Positions 12,001-27,713 of a DNA stretch of 64,000 nt are shown piece after piece; position 1 is the stretch's first letter; every line of letters begins with the position of its first letter. A model generated the notes under the pieces. That model was not told where the DNA came from, did not search any database, and saw only the letters and a program-made list of their open reading frames with translations. The translations under genes and the position numbers were made by a program. The stretch comes from Auanema rhodensis (Eukaryota; Animalia; Nematoda), in assembly GCA_964057225.1 (NCBI GenBank), contig OZ059895.1, positions 868,001 to 932,000 of the forward strand, read 5' to 3'.

Positions 12001-15000
12001 GTATTAAGCGTTTCTCAATGTAGTATAGTGCATTCGATGCGGATTTTTAAGCTGCGTCGATCTGTGTTATCAGATTTGCGCTAGCTTAAAAATGCACCGA
12101 GATATCAACTGATATAAGTTTACACTTATATCCTCGATTTTCACCCTGAAGAATTGATTTTTTCGTTGAATAACATTGTCTATCGTCTTTGCCTTGAAAA
12201 ATGAAATCTAAAAACATCTACTTTTTGCTAAATTATTTTGAAATTTTTCGAAAAAATTTTTGTCAAAATGTTTTTGGAAGCAATGTTGAGTGTACATGGA
12301 AACTCAACATACACTAATGCATCATTTTTCAAACAATCATAACTAATTTGTGTATTAAGCGTTTCTCAATGTAGTATAGTGCATTCGATGCGGATTTTTA
12401 AGCTGCGTCGATCTGTGTTATCAGATTTGCGCTAGCTTAAAAATGCACCGAGATATCAACTGATATAAGTTCACACTTATATCCTCGATTTTCACCCTGA
12501 AGAATTAATTTTTTCGTTGAATAACATTGTCCATCGTCTTTGCCTTGAAAAATGGAATCTAAAAACATCTACTTTTTGCTAAATTATTTTGAAATTTTTC
12601 GAAAAAATTTTTGTCAAAATGTTTTTGGAAGCAATGTTGAGTGTACATGGAAACTCAACATACACTAATGCATCATTTTTCAAACAATCATAACTAATTT
12701 GTGTATTAAGCGTTTCTCAATGTAGTATAGTGCATTCGATGCGGATTTTTAAGCTGCGTCGATCTGTGTTATCAGATTTGCGCTAGCTTAAAAATGCACC
12801 GAGATATCAACTGATATAAGTTTACACTTATATCCTCGATTTTCACCCTGAAGAATTGATTTTTTCGTTGAATAACATTGTCTATCGTCTTTGCCTTGAA
12901 AAATGAAATCTAAAAACATCTACTTTTTGCTAAATTATTTTGAAATTTTTGGAAAAAATTTTTGTCAAAATGTTTTTGGAAGCAATGTTGAGTGTACATG
13001 GAAACTCAACATACACTAATGCATCATTTTTCAAACGATCATAACTAATTTTTGTATCAAACGTTTCTCAATGTAGTATAGTGCATTCGATGCGGATTTT
13101 TAAGCTGCGTCGATCTGTGTTATCAGATTTGCGCTAGCTTAAAAATGCACCGAGATATCAACTGATATAAGTTCACACTTATATCCTCGATTTTCACCCT
13201 GAAGAATTGATTTTTTCGTTGAATAACATTGTCTATCGTCTTTGCCTTGAAAAATGGAATCTAAAAACATCTACTTTTTGCTAAATTATTTTGAAATTTT
13301 TCGAAAAAATTTTTGTCAAAATGTTTTTGGAAGCAATGTTGAGTGTACATGGAAACTCAACATACACTAATGCATCATTTTTCAAACGATCATAACTAAT
13401 TTTTGTATCAAGCGTTTCTCAATGTAGTAGAGTGCATTCGATGCGGATTTTTAAGCTGCGTCGATCTGTGTTATCAGATTTGCGCTAGCTTAAAAATGCA
13501 CCGAGATATCAACTGATATAAGTTCACACTTATATCCTCGATTTTCACCCTGAAGAATTAATTTTTTCGTTGAATAACATTGTCCATCGTCTTTGCCTTG
13601 AGAAATGGAATCTAAAAACATCTACTTTTTGCTAAATTATTTTGAAATTTTTGGAAAAAATTTTTGTCAAAATGTTTTTGGAAGCAATGTTGAGTGTACA
13701 TGGAAACTCAACATACACTAATGCATCATTTTTCAAACGATCATAACTAATTTTTGTATCAAACGTTTCTCAATGTAGTATAGTGCATTCGATGCGGATT
13801 TTTAAGCTGCGTCGATCTGTGTTATCAGATTTGCGCTAGCTTAAAAATGCACCGAGATATCAACTGATATAAGTTCACACTTATATCCTCGATTTTCACC
13901 CTGAAGAATTGATTTTTTCGTTGAATAACATTGTCTATCGTCTTTGCCTTGAAAAATGGAATCTAAAATCATCTACTTTTTGCTAAAATATTTCGAAATT
14001 TTTCGAAGAAATTTTTGTCAAAATGTTTTTGGAAGCAATGTTGAGTGTACATGGAAACTCAACATACACTAATGCATCATTTTTCAAACAATCATAACTA
14101 ATTTGTGTATTAAGCGTTTCTCAATGTAGTATAGTGCATTCGATGCGGATTTTTAAGCTGCGTCGATCTGTGTTATCAGATTTGCGCTAGCTTAAAAATG
14201 CACCGAGATATCAACTGATATAAGTTCACACTTATATCCTCGATTTTCACCCTGAAGAATTGATTTTTTCGTTGAATAACATTGTCTATCGTCTTTGCCT
14301 CAAAAAATGGAATCTAAAAACATCTACTTTTTGCTAAATTATTTTGAAATTTTTCGAAGAAATTTTTGTCAAAATGTTTTTGGAAGCAATGTTGAGTGTA
14401 CATGGAAACTCAACATACACTAATGCATCATTTTTCAAACGATCATAACTAATTTTTGTATCAAACGTTTCTCAATGTAGTATAGTGCATTCGATGCGGA
14501 TTTTTAAGCTGCGTCGATCTGTGTTATCAGATTTGCGCTAGCTTAAAAATGCACCGAGATATCAACTGATATAAGTTCACACTTATATCCTCGATTTTCA
14601 CCCTGAAGAATTGATTTTTTCGTTGAATAACATTGTCTATCGTCTTTGCCTCAAAAAATGGAATCTAAAAACATCTACTTTTTGCTAAATTATTTTGAAA
14701 TTTTTCGAAGAAATTTTTGTCAAAATGTTTTTGGAAGCAATGTTGAGTGTACATGGAAACTCAACATACACTAATGCATCATTTTTCAAACAATCATAAC
14801 TAATTTGTGTATTAAGCGTTTCTCAATGTAGTATAGTGCATTCGATGCGGATTTTTAAGCTGCGTCGATCTGTGTTATCAGATTTGCGCTAGCTTAAAAA
14901 TGCACCGAGATATCAACTGATATAAGTTTACACTTATATCCTCGATTTTCACCCTGAAGAATTGATTTTTTCGTTGAATAACATTGTCTATCGTCTTTGC

Positions 15001-18000
15001 CTTGAAAAATGAAATCTAAAAACATCTACTTTTTGCTAAATTATTTTGAAATTTTTCGAAAAAATTTTTGTCAAAATGTTTTTGGAAGCAATGTTGAGTG
15101 TACATGGAAACTCAACATACACTAATGCATCATTTTTCAAACAATCATAACTAATTTGTGTATTAAGCGTTTCTCAATGTAGTATAGTGCATTCGATGCG
15201 GATTTTTAAGCTGCGTCGATCTGTGTTATCAGATTTGAGCTAGCTTAAAAATGCACCGAGATATCAACTGATATAAGTTCACACTTATATCCTCGATTTT
15301 CACCCTGAAGAATTAATTTTTTCGTTGAATAACATTGTCCATCGTCTTTGCCTTGAAAAATGGAATCTAAAAACATCTACTTTTTGCTAAATTATTTTGA
15401 AATTTTTCGAAAAAATTTTTGTCAAAATGTTTTTGGAAGCAATGTTGAGTGTACATGGAAACTCAACATACACTAATGCATCATTTTTCAAACAATCATA
15501 ACTAATTTGTGTATTAAGCGTTTCTCAATGTAGTATAGTGCATTCGATGCGGATTTTTAAGCTGCGTCGATCTGTGTTATCAGATTTGCGCTAGCTTAAA
15601 AATGCACCGAGATATCAACTGATATAAGTTTACACTTATATCCTCGATTTTCACCCTGAAGAATTGATTTTTTCGTTGAATAACATTGTCTATCGTCTTT
15701 GCCTTGAAAAATGAAATCTAAAAACATCTACTTTTTGCTAAATTATTTTGAAATTTTTGGAAAAAATTTTTGTCAAAATGTTTTTGGAAGCAATGTTGAG
15801 TGTACATGGAAACTCAACATACACTAATGCATCATTTTTCAAACGATCATAACTAATTTTTGTATCAAACGTTTCTCAATGTAGTATAGTGCATTCGATG
15901 CGGATTTTTAAGCTGCGTCGATCTGTGTTATCAGATTTGCGCTAGCTTAAAAATGCACCGAGATATCAACTGATATAAGTTCACACTTATATCCTCGATT
16001 TTCACCCTGAAGAATTGATTTTTTCGTTGAATAACATTGTCTATCGTCTTTGCCTTGAAAAATGGAATCTAAAAACATCTACTTTTTGCTAAATTATTTT
16101 GAAATTTTTCGAAAAAATTTTTGTCAAAATGTTTTTGGAAGCAATGTTGAGTGTACATGGAAACTCAACATACACTAATGCATCATTTTTCAAACGATCA
16201 TAACTAATTTTTGTATCAAGCGTTTCTCAATGTAGTATAGTGCATTCGATGCGGATTTTTAAGCTGCGTCGATCTGTGTTATCAGATTTGCGCTAGCTTA
16301 AAAATGCACCGAGATATCAACTGATATAAGTTCACATTTATATCCTCGATTTTCACCCTGAAGAATTAATTTTTTCGTTGAATAACATTGTCCATCGTCT
16401 TTGCCTTGAGAAATGGAATCTAAAAACATCTACTTTTTGCTAAATTATTTTGAAATTTTTGGAAAAAATTTTTGTCAAAATGTTTTTGGAAGCAATGTTG
16501 AGTGTACATGGAAACTCAACATACACTAATGCATCATTTTTCAAACGATCATAACTAATTTTTGTATCAAACGTTTCTCAATGTAGTATAGTGCATTCGA
16601 TGCGGATTTTTAAGCTGCGTCGATCTGTGTTATCAGATTTGCGCTAGCTTAAAAATGCACCGAGATATCAACTGATATAAGTTCACACTTATATCCTCGA
16701 TTTTCACCCTGAAGAATTAATTTTTTCGTTGAATAACATTGTCCATCGTCTTTGCCTTGAAAAAAGGAATCTAAAAACATCTACTTTTTGCTAAATTATT
16801 TTGAAATTTTTCGAAAAAATTTTTGTCAAAATGTTTTTGGAAGCAATGTTGAGTGTACATGGAAACTCAACATACACTAATGCATCATTTTTCAAACGAT
16901 CATAACTAATTTTTGTATTAAGCGTTTCTCAATGTAGTATAGTGCATTCGATGCGGATATTTAAGCTGCGTCGATCTGTGTTATCAGATTTGCGCTAGCT
17001 TAAAAATGCATCGAGATATCAACTGATATAAGTTCACACTTAGATCCTCGATTTTCACCCTGAAGAATTAATTTTTTCGTTGAATAACATTGTCCATCGT
17101 CTTTGCCTTGAAAAATGGAATCTAAAATCATCTACTTTTTGCTAAACTATTTTGAAATTTTTCGAAGAAATTTTTGTCAAAATGTTTTTGGAAGCAATGT
17201 TGAGTGTACATGGAAACTCAACATACACTAATGCATCATTTTTCAAACAATCATAACTAATTTGTGTATTAAGCGTTTCTCAATGTAGTATAGTGCATTC
17301 GATGCGGATTTTTAAGCTGCGTCGATCTGTGTTATCAGATTTGCGCTAGCTTAAAAATGCACCGAGATATCAACTGATATAAGTTCACACTTATATCCTC
17401 GATTTTTACCCTGAAGAATTGATTTTTTCGTTGAATAACATTGTCCATCGTCTTTGCCTTGAAAAATGGACTCTAAAAACATCTACTTTTTGCTAAATTA
17501 TTTTGAAATTTTTGGAAAAAATTTTTGTCAAAATGTTTTTGGAAGCAATGTTGAGTGTACATGGAAACTCAACATACACTAATGCATCATTTTTCAAACG
17601 ATCATAACTAATTTTTGTATCAAACGTTTCTCAATGTAGTATAGTGCATTCGATGCGGATTTTTAAGCTGCGTCGATCTGTGTTATCAGATTTGCGCTAG
17701 CTTAAAAATGCACCGAGATATCAACTGATATAAGTTCACACTTATATCCTCGATTTTCACCCTGAAGAATTGATTTTTTCGTTGAATAACATTGTCTATC
17801 GTCTTTGCCTCGAAAAATGGAATTTAAAAACATCTACTTTTTGCTAAATTATTTTGAAATTTTTCGAAGAAATTTTTGTCAAAATGTTTTTGGAAGCAAT
17901 GTTGAGTGTACATGGAAACTCAACATACACTAATGCATCATTTTTCAAACAATCATAACTAATTTGTGTATTAAGCGTTTCTCAATGTAGTATAGTGCAT

Positions 18001-21000
18001 TCGATGCGGATTTTTAAGCTGCGTCGATCTGTGTTATCAGATTTGCGCTAGCTTAAAAATGCACCGAGATATCAACTGATATAAGTTTACACTTATATCC
18101 TCGATTTTCACCCTGAAGAATTGATTTTTTCGTTGAATAACATTGTCTATCGTCTTTGCCTTGAAAAATGAAATCTAAAAACATCTACTTTTTGCTAAAT
18201 TATTTTGAAATTTTTCGAAAAAAGTTTTGTCAAAATGTTTTTGGAAGCAATGTTGAGTGTACATGGAAACTCAACATACACTAATGCATCATTTTTCAAA
18301 CAATCATAACTAATTTGTGTATTAAGCGTTTCTCAATGTAGTATAGTGCATTCGATGCGGATTTTTAAGCTGCGTCGATCTGTGTTATCAGATTTGCGCT
18401 AGCTTAAAAATGCACCGAGATATCAACTGATATAAGTTCACACTTATATCCTCGATTTTCACCCTGAAGAATTAATTTTTTCGTTGAATAACATTGTCCA
18501 TCGTCTTTGCCTCGAAAAATGGAATCTAAAAACATCTACTTTTTGCTAAATTATTTTGAAATTTTTCGAAGAAATTTTTGTCAAAATGTTTTTGGAAGCA
18601 ATGTTGAGTGTACATGGAAACTCAACATACACTAATGCATCATTTTTCAAACAATCATAACTAATTTGTGTATTAAGCGTTTCTCAATGTAGTATAGTGC
18701 ATTCGATGCGGATTTTTAAGCTGCGTCGATCTGTGTTATCAGATTTGCGCTAGCTTAAAAATGCACCGAGATATCAACTGATATAAGTTTACACTTATAT
18801 CCTCGATTTTCACCCTGAAGAATTGATTTTTTCGTTGAATAACATTGTCTATCGTCTTTGCCTTGAAAAATGAAATCTAAAAACATCTACTTTTTGCTAA
18901 ATTATTTTGAAATTTTTCGAAAAAATTTTTGTCAAAATGTTTTTGGAAGCAATGTTGAGTGTACATGGAAACTCAACATACACTAATGCATCATTTTTCA
19001 AACAATCATAACTAATTTGTGTATTAAGCGTTTCTCAATGTAGTATAGTGCATTCGATGCGGATTTTTAAGCTGCGTCGATCTGTGTTATCAGATTTGCG
19101 CTAGCTTAAAAATGCACCGAGATATCAACTGATATAAGTTCACACTTATATCCTCGATTTTCACCCTGAAGAATTAATTTTTTCGTTGAATAACATTGTC
19201 CATCGTCTTTGCCTCGAAAAATGGAATCTAAAAACATCTACTTTTTGCTAAATTATTTTGAAATTTTTCGAAGAAATTTTTGTCAAAATGTTTTTGGAAG
19301 CAATGTTGAGTGTACATGGAAACTCAACATACACTAATGCATCATTTTTCAAACAATCATAACTAATTTGTGTATTAAGCGTTTCTCAATGTAGTATAGT
19401 GCATTCGATGCGGATTTTTAAGCTGCGTCGATCTGTGTTATCAGATTTGCGCTAGCTTAAAAATGCACCGAGATATCAACTGATATAAGTTTACACTTAT
19501 ATCCTCGATTTTCACCCTGAAGAATTGATTTTTTCGTTGAATAACATTGTCTATCGTCTTTGCCTTGAAAAATGAAATCTAAAAACATCTACTTTTTGCT
19601 AAATTATTTTGAAATTTTTCGAAAAAATTTTTGTCAAAATGTTTTTGGAAGCAATGTTGAGTGTACATGGAAACTCAACATACACTAATGCATCATTTTT
19701 CAAACAATCATAACTAATTTGTGTATTAAGCGTTTCTCGATGTAGTATAGTGCATTCGATGCGGATTTTTAAGCTGCGTCGATCTGTGTTATCAGATTTG
19801 CGCTAGCTTAAAAATGCACCGAGATATCAACTGATATAAGTTCACACTTATATCCTCGATTTTCACCCTGAAGAATTAATTTTTTCGTTGAATAACATTG
19901 TCCATCGTCTTTGCCTTGAAAAATGGAATCTAAAAACATCTACTTTTTGCTAAATTATTTTGAAATTTTTCGAAAAAATTTTTGTCAAAATGTTTTTGGA
20001 AGCAATGTTGAGTGTACATGGAAACTCAACATACACTAATGCATCATTTTTCAAACAATCATAACTAATTTGTGTATTAAGCGTTTCTCAATGTAGTATA
20101 GTGCATTCGATGCGGATTTTTAAGCTGCGTCGATCTGTGTTATCAGATTTGCGCTAGCTTAAAAATGCACCGAGATATCAACTGATATAAGTTTACACTT
20201 ATATCCTCGATTTTCACCCTGAAGAATTGATTTGTTCGTTGAATAACATTGTCTATCGTCTTTGCCTTGAAAAATGAAATCTAAAAACATCTACTTTTTG
20301 CTAAATTATTTCGAAATTTTTCGAAAAAATTTTTGTCAAAATGTTTTTGGAAGCAATGTTGAGTGTACATGGAAACTCAACATACACTAATGCATCATTT
20401 TTCAAACAATCATAACTAATTTGTGTATTAAGCGTTTCTCGATGTAGTATAGTGCATTCGATGCGGATTTTTAAGCTGCGTCGATCTGTGTTATCAGATT
20501 TGCGCTAGCTTAAAAATGCACCGAGATATCAACTGATATAAGTTCACACTTATATCCTCGATTTTCACCCTGAAGAATTGATTTTTTCGTTGAATAACAT
20601 TGTCTATCGTCTTTGCCTTGAAAAATGGAATCTAAAATCATCTACTTTTTGCTAAATTATTTTGAAATTTTTCGAAGAAATTTTTGTCAAAATGTTTTTG
20701 GAAGCAATGTTGAGTGTACATGGAAACTCAACATACACTAATGCATCATTTTTCAAACAATCATAACTAATTTGTGTATTAAGCGTTTCTCAATGTAGTA
20801 TAGTGCATTCGATGCGGATTTTTAAGCTGCGTCGATCTGTGTTATCAGATTTGCGCTAGCTTAAAAATGCACCGAGATATCAACTGATATAAGTTCACAC
20901 TTATATCCTCGATTTTCACCCTGAAGAATTGATTTTTTCGTTGAATAACATTGTCCATCGTCTTTGCCTTGAAAAATGGAATCTAAAAACATCTACTTTT

Positions 21001-24000
21001 TGCTAAATTATTTTGAAATTTTTGGAAAAAATTTTTGTCAAAATGTTTTTGGAAGCAATGTTGAGTGTACATGGAAACTCAACATACACTAATGCATCAT
21101 TTTTCAAACGATCATAACTAATTTTTGTATCAAACGTTTCTCAATGTAGTATAGTGCATTCGATGCGGATTTTTAAGCTGCGTCGATCTGTGTTATCAGA
21201 TTTGCGCTAGCTTAAAAATGCACCGAGATATCAACTGATATAAGTTCACACTTATATCCTCGATTTTCACCCTGAAGAATTGATTTTTTCGTTGAATAAC
21301 ATTGTCTATCGTCTTTGCCTCGAAAAATGGAATCTAAAAACATCTACTTTTTGCTAAATTATTTTGAAATTTTTCGAAGAAATTTTTGTCAAAATGTTTT
21401 TGGAAGCAATGTTGAGTGTACATGGAAACTCAACATACACTAATGCATCATTTTTCAAACAATCATAACTAATTTGTGTATTAAGCGTTTCTCAATGTAG
21501 TATAGTGCATTCGATGCGGATTTTTAAGCTGCGTCGATCTGTGTTATCAGATTTGCGCTAGCTTAAAAATGCACCGAGATATCAACTGATATAAGTTTAC
21601 ACTTATATCCTCGATTTTCACCCTGAAGAATTGATTTTTTCGTTGAATAACATTGTCTATCGTCTTTGCCTTGAAAAATGAAATCTAAAAACATCTACTT
21701 TTTGCTAAATTATTTTGAAATTTTTGGAAAAAATTTTTGTCAAAATGTTTTTGGAAGCAATGTTGAGTGTACATGGAAACTCAACATACACTAATGCATC
21801 ATTTTTCAAACGATCATAACTAATTTTTGTATCAAACGTTTCTCAATGTAGTATAGTGCATTCGATGCGGATTTTTAAGCTGCGTCGATCTGTGTTATCA
21901 GATTTGCGCTAGCTTAAAAATGCACCGAGATATCAACTGATATAAGTTCACACTTATATCCTCGATTTTCACCCTGAAGAATTGATTTTTTCGTTGAATA
22001 ACATTGTCTATCGTCTTTGCCTTGAAAAATGGAATCTAAAAACATCTACTTTTTGCTAAATTATTTTGAAATTTTTCGAAAAAATTTTTGTCAAAATGTT
22101 TTTGGAAGCAATGTTGAGTGTACATGGAAACTCAACATACACTAATGCATCATTTTTCAAACGATCATAACTAATTTTTGTATCAAGCGTTTCTCAATGT
22201 AGTATAGTGCATTCGATGCGGATTTTTAAGCTGCGTCGATCTGTGTTATCAGATTTGCGCTAGCTTAAAAATGCACCGAGATATCAACTGATATAAGTTC
22301 ACACTTATATCCTCGATTTTCACCCTGAAGAATTAATTTTTTCGTTGAATAACATTGTCCATCGTCTTTGCCTTGAGAAATGGAATCTAAAAACATCTAC
22401 TTTTTGCTAAATTATTTTGAAATTTTTGGAAAAAATTTTTGTCAAAATGTTTTTGGAAGCAATGTTGAGTGTACATGGAAACTCAACATACACTAATGCA
22501 TCATTTTTCAAACGATCATAACTAATTTTTGTATCAAACGTTTCTCAATGTAGTATAGTGCATTCGATGCGGATTTTTAAGCTGCGTCGATCTGTGTTAT
22601 CAGATTTGCGCTAGCTTAAAAATGCACCGAGATATCAACTGATATAAGTTCACACTTATATCCTCGATTTTCACCCTGAAGAATTAATTTTTTCGTTGAA
22701 TAACATTGTCCATCGTCTTTGCCTTGAAAAATGGAATCTAAAATCATCTACTTTTTGCTAAACTATTTTGAAATTTTTCGAAGAAATTTTTGTCAAAATG
22801 TTTTTGGAAGCAATGTTGAGTGTACATGGAAACTCAACATACACTAATGCATCATTTTTCAAACAATCATAACTAATTTGTGTATTAAGCGTTTCTCAAT
22901 GTAGTATAGTGCATTCGATGCGGATTTTTAAGCTGCGTCGATCTGTGTTATCGGATTTGCGCTAGCTTAAAAATGCACCGAGATATCAACTGATATAAGT
23001 TCACACTTATATCCTCGATTTTCACCCTGAAGAATTGATTTTTTCGTTGAATAACATTGTCCATCGTCTTTGCCTTGAAAAATGGAATCTAAAAACATCT
23101 ACTTTTTGCTAAATAATTTTGAAATTTTTGGAAAAAATTTTTGTCAAAATGTTTTTGGAAGCAATGTTGAGTGTACATGGAAACTCAACATACACTAATG
23201 CATCATTTTTCAAACGATCATAACTAATTTTTGTATCAAACGTTTCTCAATGTAGTATAGTGCATTCGATGCGGATTTTTAAGCTGCGTCGATCTGTGTT
23301 ATCAGATTTGCGCTAGCTTAAAAATGCACCGAGATATCAACTGATATAAGTTCACACTTATATCCTCGATTTTCACCCTGAAGAATTGATTTTTTCGTTG
23401 AATAACATTGTCTATCGTCTTTGCCTCGAAAAATGGAATCTAAAAACATCTACTTTTTGCTAAATTATTTTGAAATTTTTCGAAGAAATTTTTGTCAAAA
23501 TGTTTTTGGAAGCAATGTTGAGTGTACATGGAAACTCAACATACACTAATGCATCATTTTTCAAACAATCATAACTAATTTGTGTATTAAGCGTTTCTCA
23601 ATGTAGTATAGTGCATTCGATGCGGATTTTTAAGCTGCGTCGATCTGTGTTATCAGATTTGCGCTAGCTTAAAAATGCACCGAGATATCAACTGATATAA
23701 GTTTACACTTATATCCTCGATTTTCACCCTGAAGAATTGATTTTTTCGTTGAATAACATTGTCTATCGTCTTTGCCTGGAAAAATGAAATCTAAAAACAT
23801 CTACTTTTTGCTAAATTATTTTGAAATTTTTCGAAAAAATTTTTGTCAAAATGTTTTTGGAAGCAATGTTGAGTGTACATGGAAACTCAACATACACTAA
23901 TGCATCATTTTTCAAACAATCATAACTAATTTGTGTATTAAGCGTTTCTCAATGTAGTATAGTGCATTCGATGCGGATTTTTAAGCTGCGTCGATCTGTG

Positions 24001-27000
24001 TTATCAGATTTGCGCTAGCTTAAAAATGCACCGAGATATCAACTGATATAAGTTCACACTTATATCCTCGATTTTCACCCTGAAGAATTAATTTTTTCGT
24101 TGAATAACATTGTCCATCGTCTTTGCCTCGAAAAATGGAATCTAAAAACATCTACTTTTTGCTAAATTATTTTGAAATTTTTCGAAGAAATTTTTGTCAA
24201 AATGTTTTTGGAAGCAATGTTGAGTGTACATGGAAACTCAACATACACTAATGCATCATTTTTCAAACAATCATAACTAATTTGTGTATTAAGCGTTTCT
24301 CGATGTAGTATAGTGCATTCGATGCGGATTTTTAAGCTGCGTCGATCTGTGTTATCAGATTTGCGCTAGCTTAAAAATGCACCGAGATATCAACTGATAT
24401 AAGTTCACACTTATATCCTCGATTTTCACCCTGAAGAATTAATTTTTTCGTTGAATAACATTGTCCATCGTCTTTGCCTTGAAAAATGGAATCTAAAAAC
24501 ATCTACTTTTTGCTAAATTATTTTGAAATTTTTCGAAAAAATTTTTGTCAAAATGTTTTTGGAAGCAATGTTGAGTGCACATGGAAACTCAACATACACT
24601 AATGCATCATTTTTCAAACAATCATAACTAATTTGTGTATTAAGCGTTTCTCAATGTAGTATAGTGCATTCGATGCGGATTTTTAAGCTGCGTCGATCTG
24701 TGTTATCAGATTTGCGCTAGCTTAAAAATGCACCGAGATATCAACTGATATAAGTTTACACTTATATCCTCGATTTTCACCCTGAAGAATTGATTTGTTC
24801 GTTGAATAACATTGTCTATCGTCTTTGCCTTGAAAAATGAAATCTAAAAACATCTACTTTTTGCTAAATTATTTTGAAATTTTTGGAAAAAATTTTTGTC
24901 AAAATGTTTTTGGAAGCAATGTTGAGTGTACATGGAAACTCAACATACACTAATGCATCATTTTTCAAACGATCATAACTAATTTTTGTATCAAACGTTT
25001 CTCAATGTAGTATAGTGCATTCGATGCGGATTTTTAAGCTGCGTCGATCTGTGTTATCAGATTTGCGCTAGCTTAAAAATGCACCGAGATATCAACTGAT
25101 ATAAGTTCACACTTATATCCTCGATTTTCACCCTGAAGAATTGATTTTTTCGTTGAATAACATTGTCTATCGTCTTTGCCTTGAAAAATGGAATCTAAAA
25201 TCATCTACTTTTTGCTAAATTATTTTGAAATTTTTCGAAGAAATTTTTGTCAAAATGTTTTTGGAAGCAATGTTGAGTGTACATGGAAACTCAACATACA
25301 CTAATGCATCATTTTTCAAACAATCATAACTAATTTGTGTATTAAGCGTTTCTCAATGTAGTATAGTGCATTCGATGCGGATTTTTAAGCTGCGTCGATC
25401 TGTGTTATCAGATTTGCGCTAGCTTAAAAATGCACCGAGATATCAACTGATATAAGTTCACACTTATATCCTCGATTTTCACCCTGAAGAATTGATTTTT
25501 TCGTTGAATAACATTGTCCATCGTCTTTGCCTTGAAAAATGGAATCTAAAAACATCTACTTTTTGCTAAATTATTTTGAAATTTTTGGAAAAAATTTTTG
25601 TCAAAATGTTTTTGGAAGCAATGTTGAGTGTACATGGAAACTCAACATACACTAATGCATCATTTTTCAAACGATCATAACTAATTTTTGTATCAAACGT
25701 TTCTCAATGTAGTATAGTGCATTCGATGCGGATTTTTAAGCTGCGTCGATCTGTGTTATCAGATTTGCGCTAGCTTAAAAATGCACCGAGATATCAACTG
25801 ATATAAGTTCACACTTATATCCTCGATTTTCACCCTGAAGAATTGATTTTTTCGTTGAATAACATTGTCTATCGTCTTTGCCTTGAAAAATGGAATCTAA
25901 AAACATCTACTTTTTGCTAAATTATTTTGAAATTTTTCGAAAAAATTTTTGTCAAAATGTTTTTGGAAGCAATGTTGAGTGTACATGGAAACTCAACATA
26001 CACTAATGCATCATTTTTCAAACGATCATAACTAATTTTTGTATCAAGCGTTTCTCAATGTAGTATAGTGCATTCGATGCGGATTTTTAAGCTGCGTCGA
26101 TCTGTGTTATCAGATTTGCGCTAGCTTAAAAATGCACCGAGATATCAACTGATATAAGTTCACACTTATATCCTCGATTTTCACCCTGAAGAATTAATTT
26201 TTTCGTTGAATAACATTGTCCATCGTCTTTGCCTTGAGAAATGGAATCTAAAAACATCTACTTTTTGCTAAATTATTTTGAAATTTTTGGAAAAAATTTT
26301 TGTCAAAATGTTTTTGGAAGCAATGTTGAGTGTACATGGAAACTCAACATACACTAATGCATCATTTTTCAAACGATCATAACTAATTTTTGTATCAAAC
26401 GTTTCTCAATGTAGTATAGTGCATTCGATGCGGATTTTTAAGCTGCGTCGATCTGTGTTATCAGATTTGCGCTAGCTTAAAAATGCACCGAGATATCAAC
26501 TGATATAAGTTCACACTTATATCCTCGATTTTCACCCTGAAGAATTAATTTTTTCGTTGAATAACATTGTCCATCGTCTTTGCCTTGAAAAAAGGAATCT
26601 AAAAACATCTACTTTTTGCTAAATTATTTTGAAATTTTTCGAAAAAATTTTTGTCAAAATGTTTTTGGAAGCAATGTTGAGTGTACATGGAAACTCAACA
26701 TACACTAATGCATCATTTTTCAAACGATCATAACTAATTTTTGTATTAAGCGTTTCTCAATGTAGTATAGTGCATTCGATGCGGATATTTAAGCTGCGTC
26801 GATCTGTGTTATCAGATTTGCGCTAGCTTAAAAATGCATCGAGATATCAACTGATATAAGTTCACACTTAGATCCTCGATTTTCACCCTGAAGAATTAAT
26901 TTTTTCGTTGAATAACATTGTCCATCGTCTTTGCCTTGAAAAATGGAATCTAAAATCATCTACTTTTTGCTAAACTATTTTGAAATTTTTCGAAGAAATT

Positions 27001-27491
27001 TTTGTCAAAATGTTTTTGGAAGCAATGTTGAGTGTACATGGAAACTCAACATACACTAATGCATCATTTTTCAAACAATCATAACTAATTTGTGTATTAA
27101 GCGTTTCTCAATGTAGTATAGTGCATTCGATGCGGATTTTTAAGCTGCGTCGATCTGTGTTATCAGATTTGCGCTAGCTTAAAAATGCACCGAGATATCA
27201 ACTGATATAAGTTCACACTTATATCCTCGATTTTCACCCTGAAGAATTGATTTTTTCGTTGAATAACATTGTCCATCGTCTTTGCCTTGAAAAATGGAAT
27301 CTAAAAACATCTACTTTTTGCTAAATTATTTTGAAATTTTTGGAAAAAATTTTTGTCAAAATGTTTTTGGAAGCAATGTTGAGTGTACATGGAAACTCAA
27401 CATACACTAATGCATCATTTTTCAAACGATCATAACTAATTTTTGTATCAAACGTTTCTCAATGTAGTATAGTGCATTCGATGCGGATTTT

Positions 27492-27713
27492 TAAGCTGCG
27501 TCGATCTGTGTTATCAGATTTGCGCTAGCTTAAAAATGCACCGAGATATCAACTGATATAAGTTCACACTTATATCCTCGATTTTCACCCTGAAGAATTG
27601 ATTTTTTCGTTGAATAACATTGTCTACACTAATGCATCATTTTTCAAACGATCATAACTAATTTTTGTATCAAGCGTTTCTCGATGTAGTATAGTGCATT
27701 CGATGCGGATTTT
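27492..27713 (-). repeat. Truncated monomer (222 bp, 129-bp deletion relative to the monomer)
   Basis: AACATTGTC-TA-CACTAATGC at about 27617-27635 replaces AACATTGTCTATCGTC...CAACATACACTAATGC. There is 2-bp TA microhomology, and unit starts are 27492 and 27714. Confidence 0.97.
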
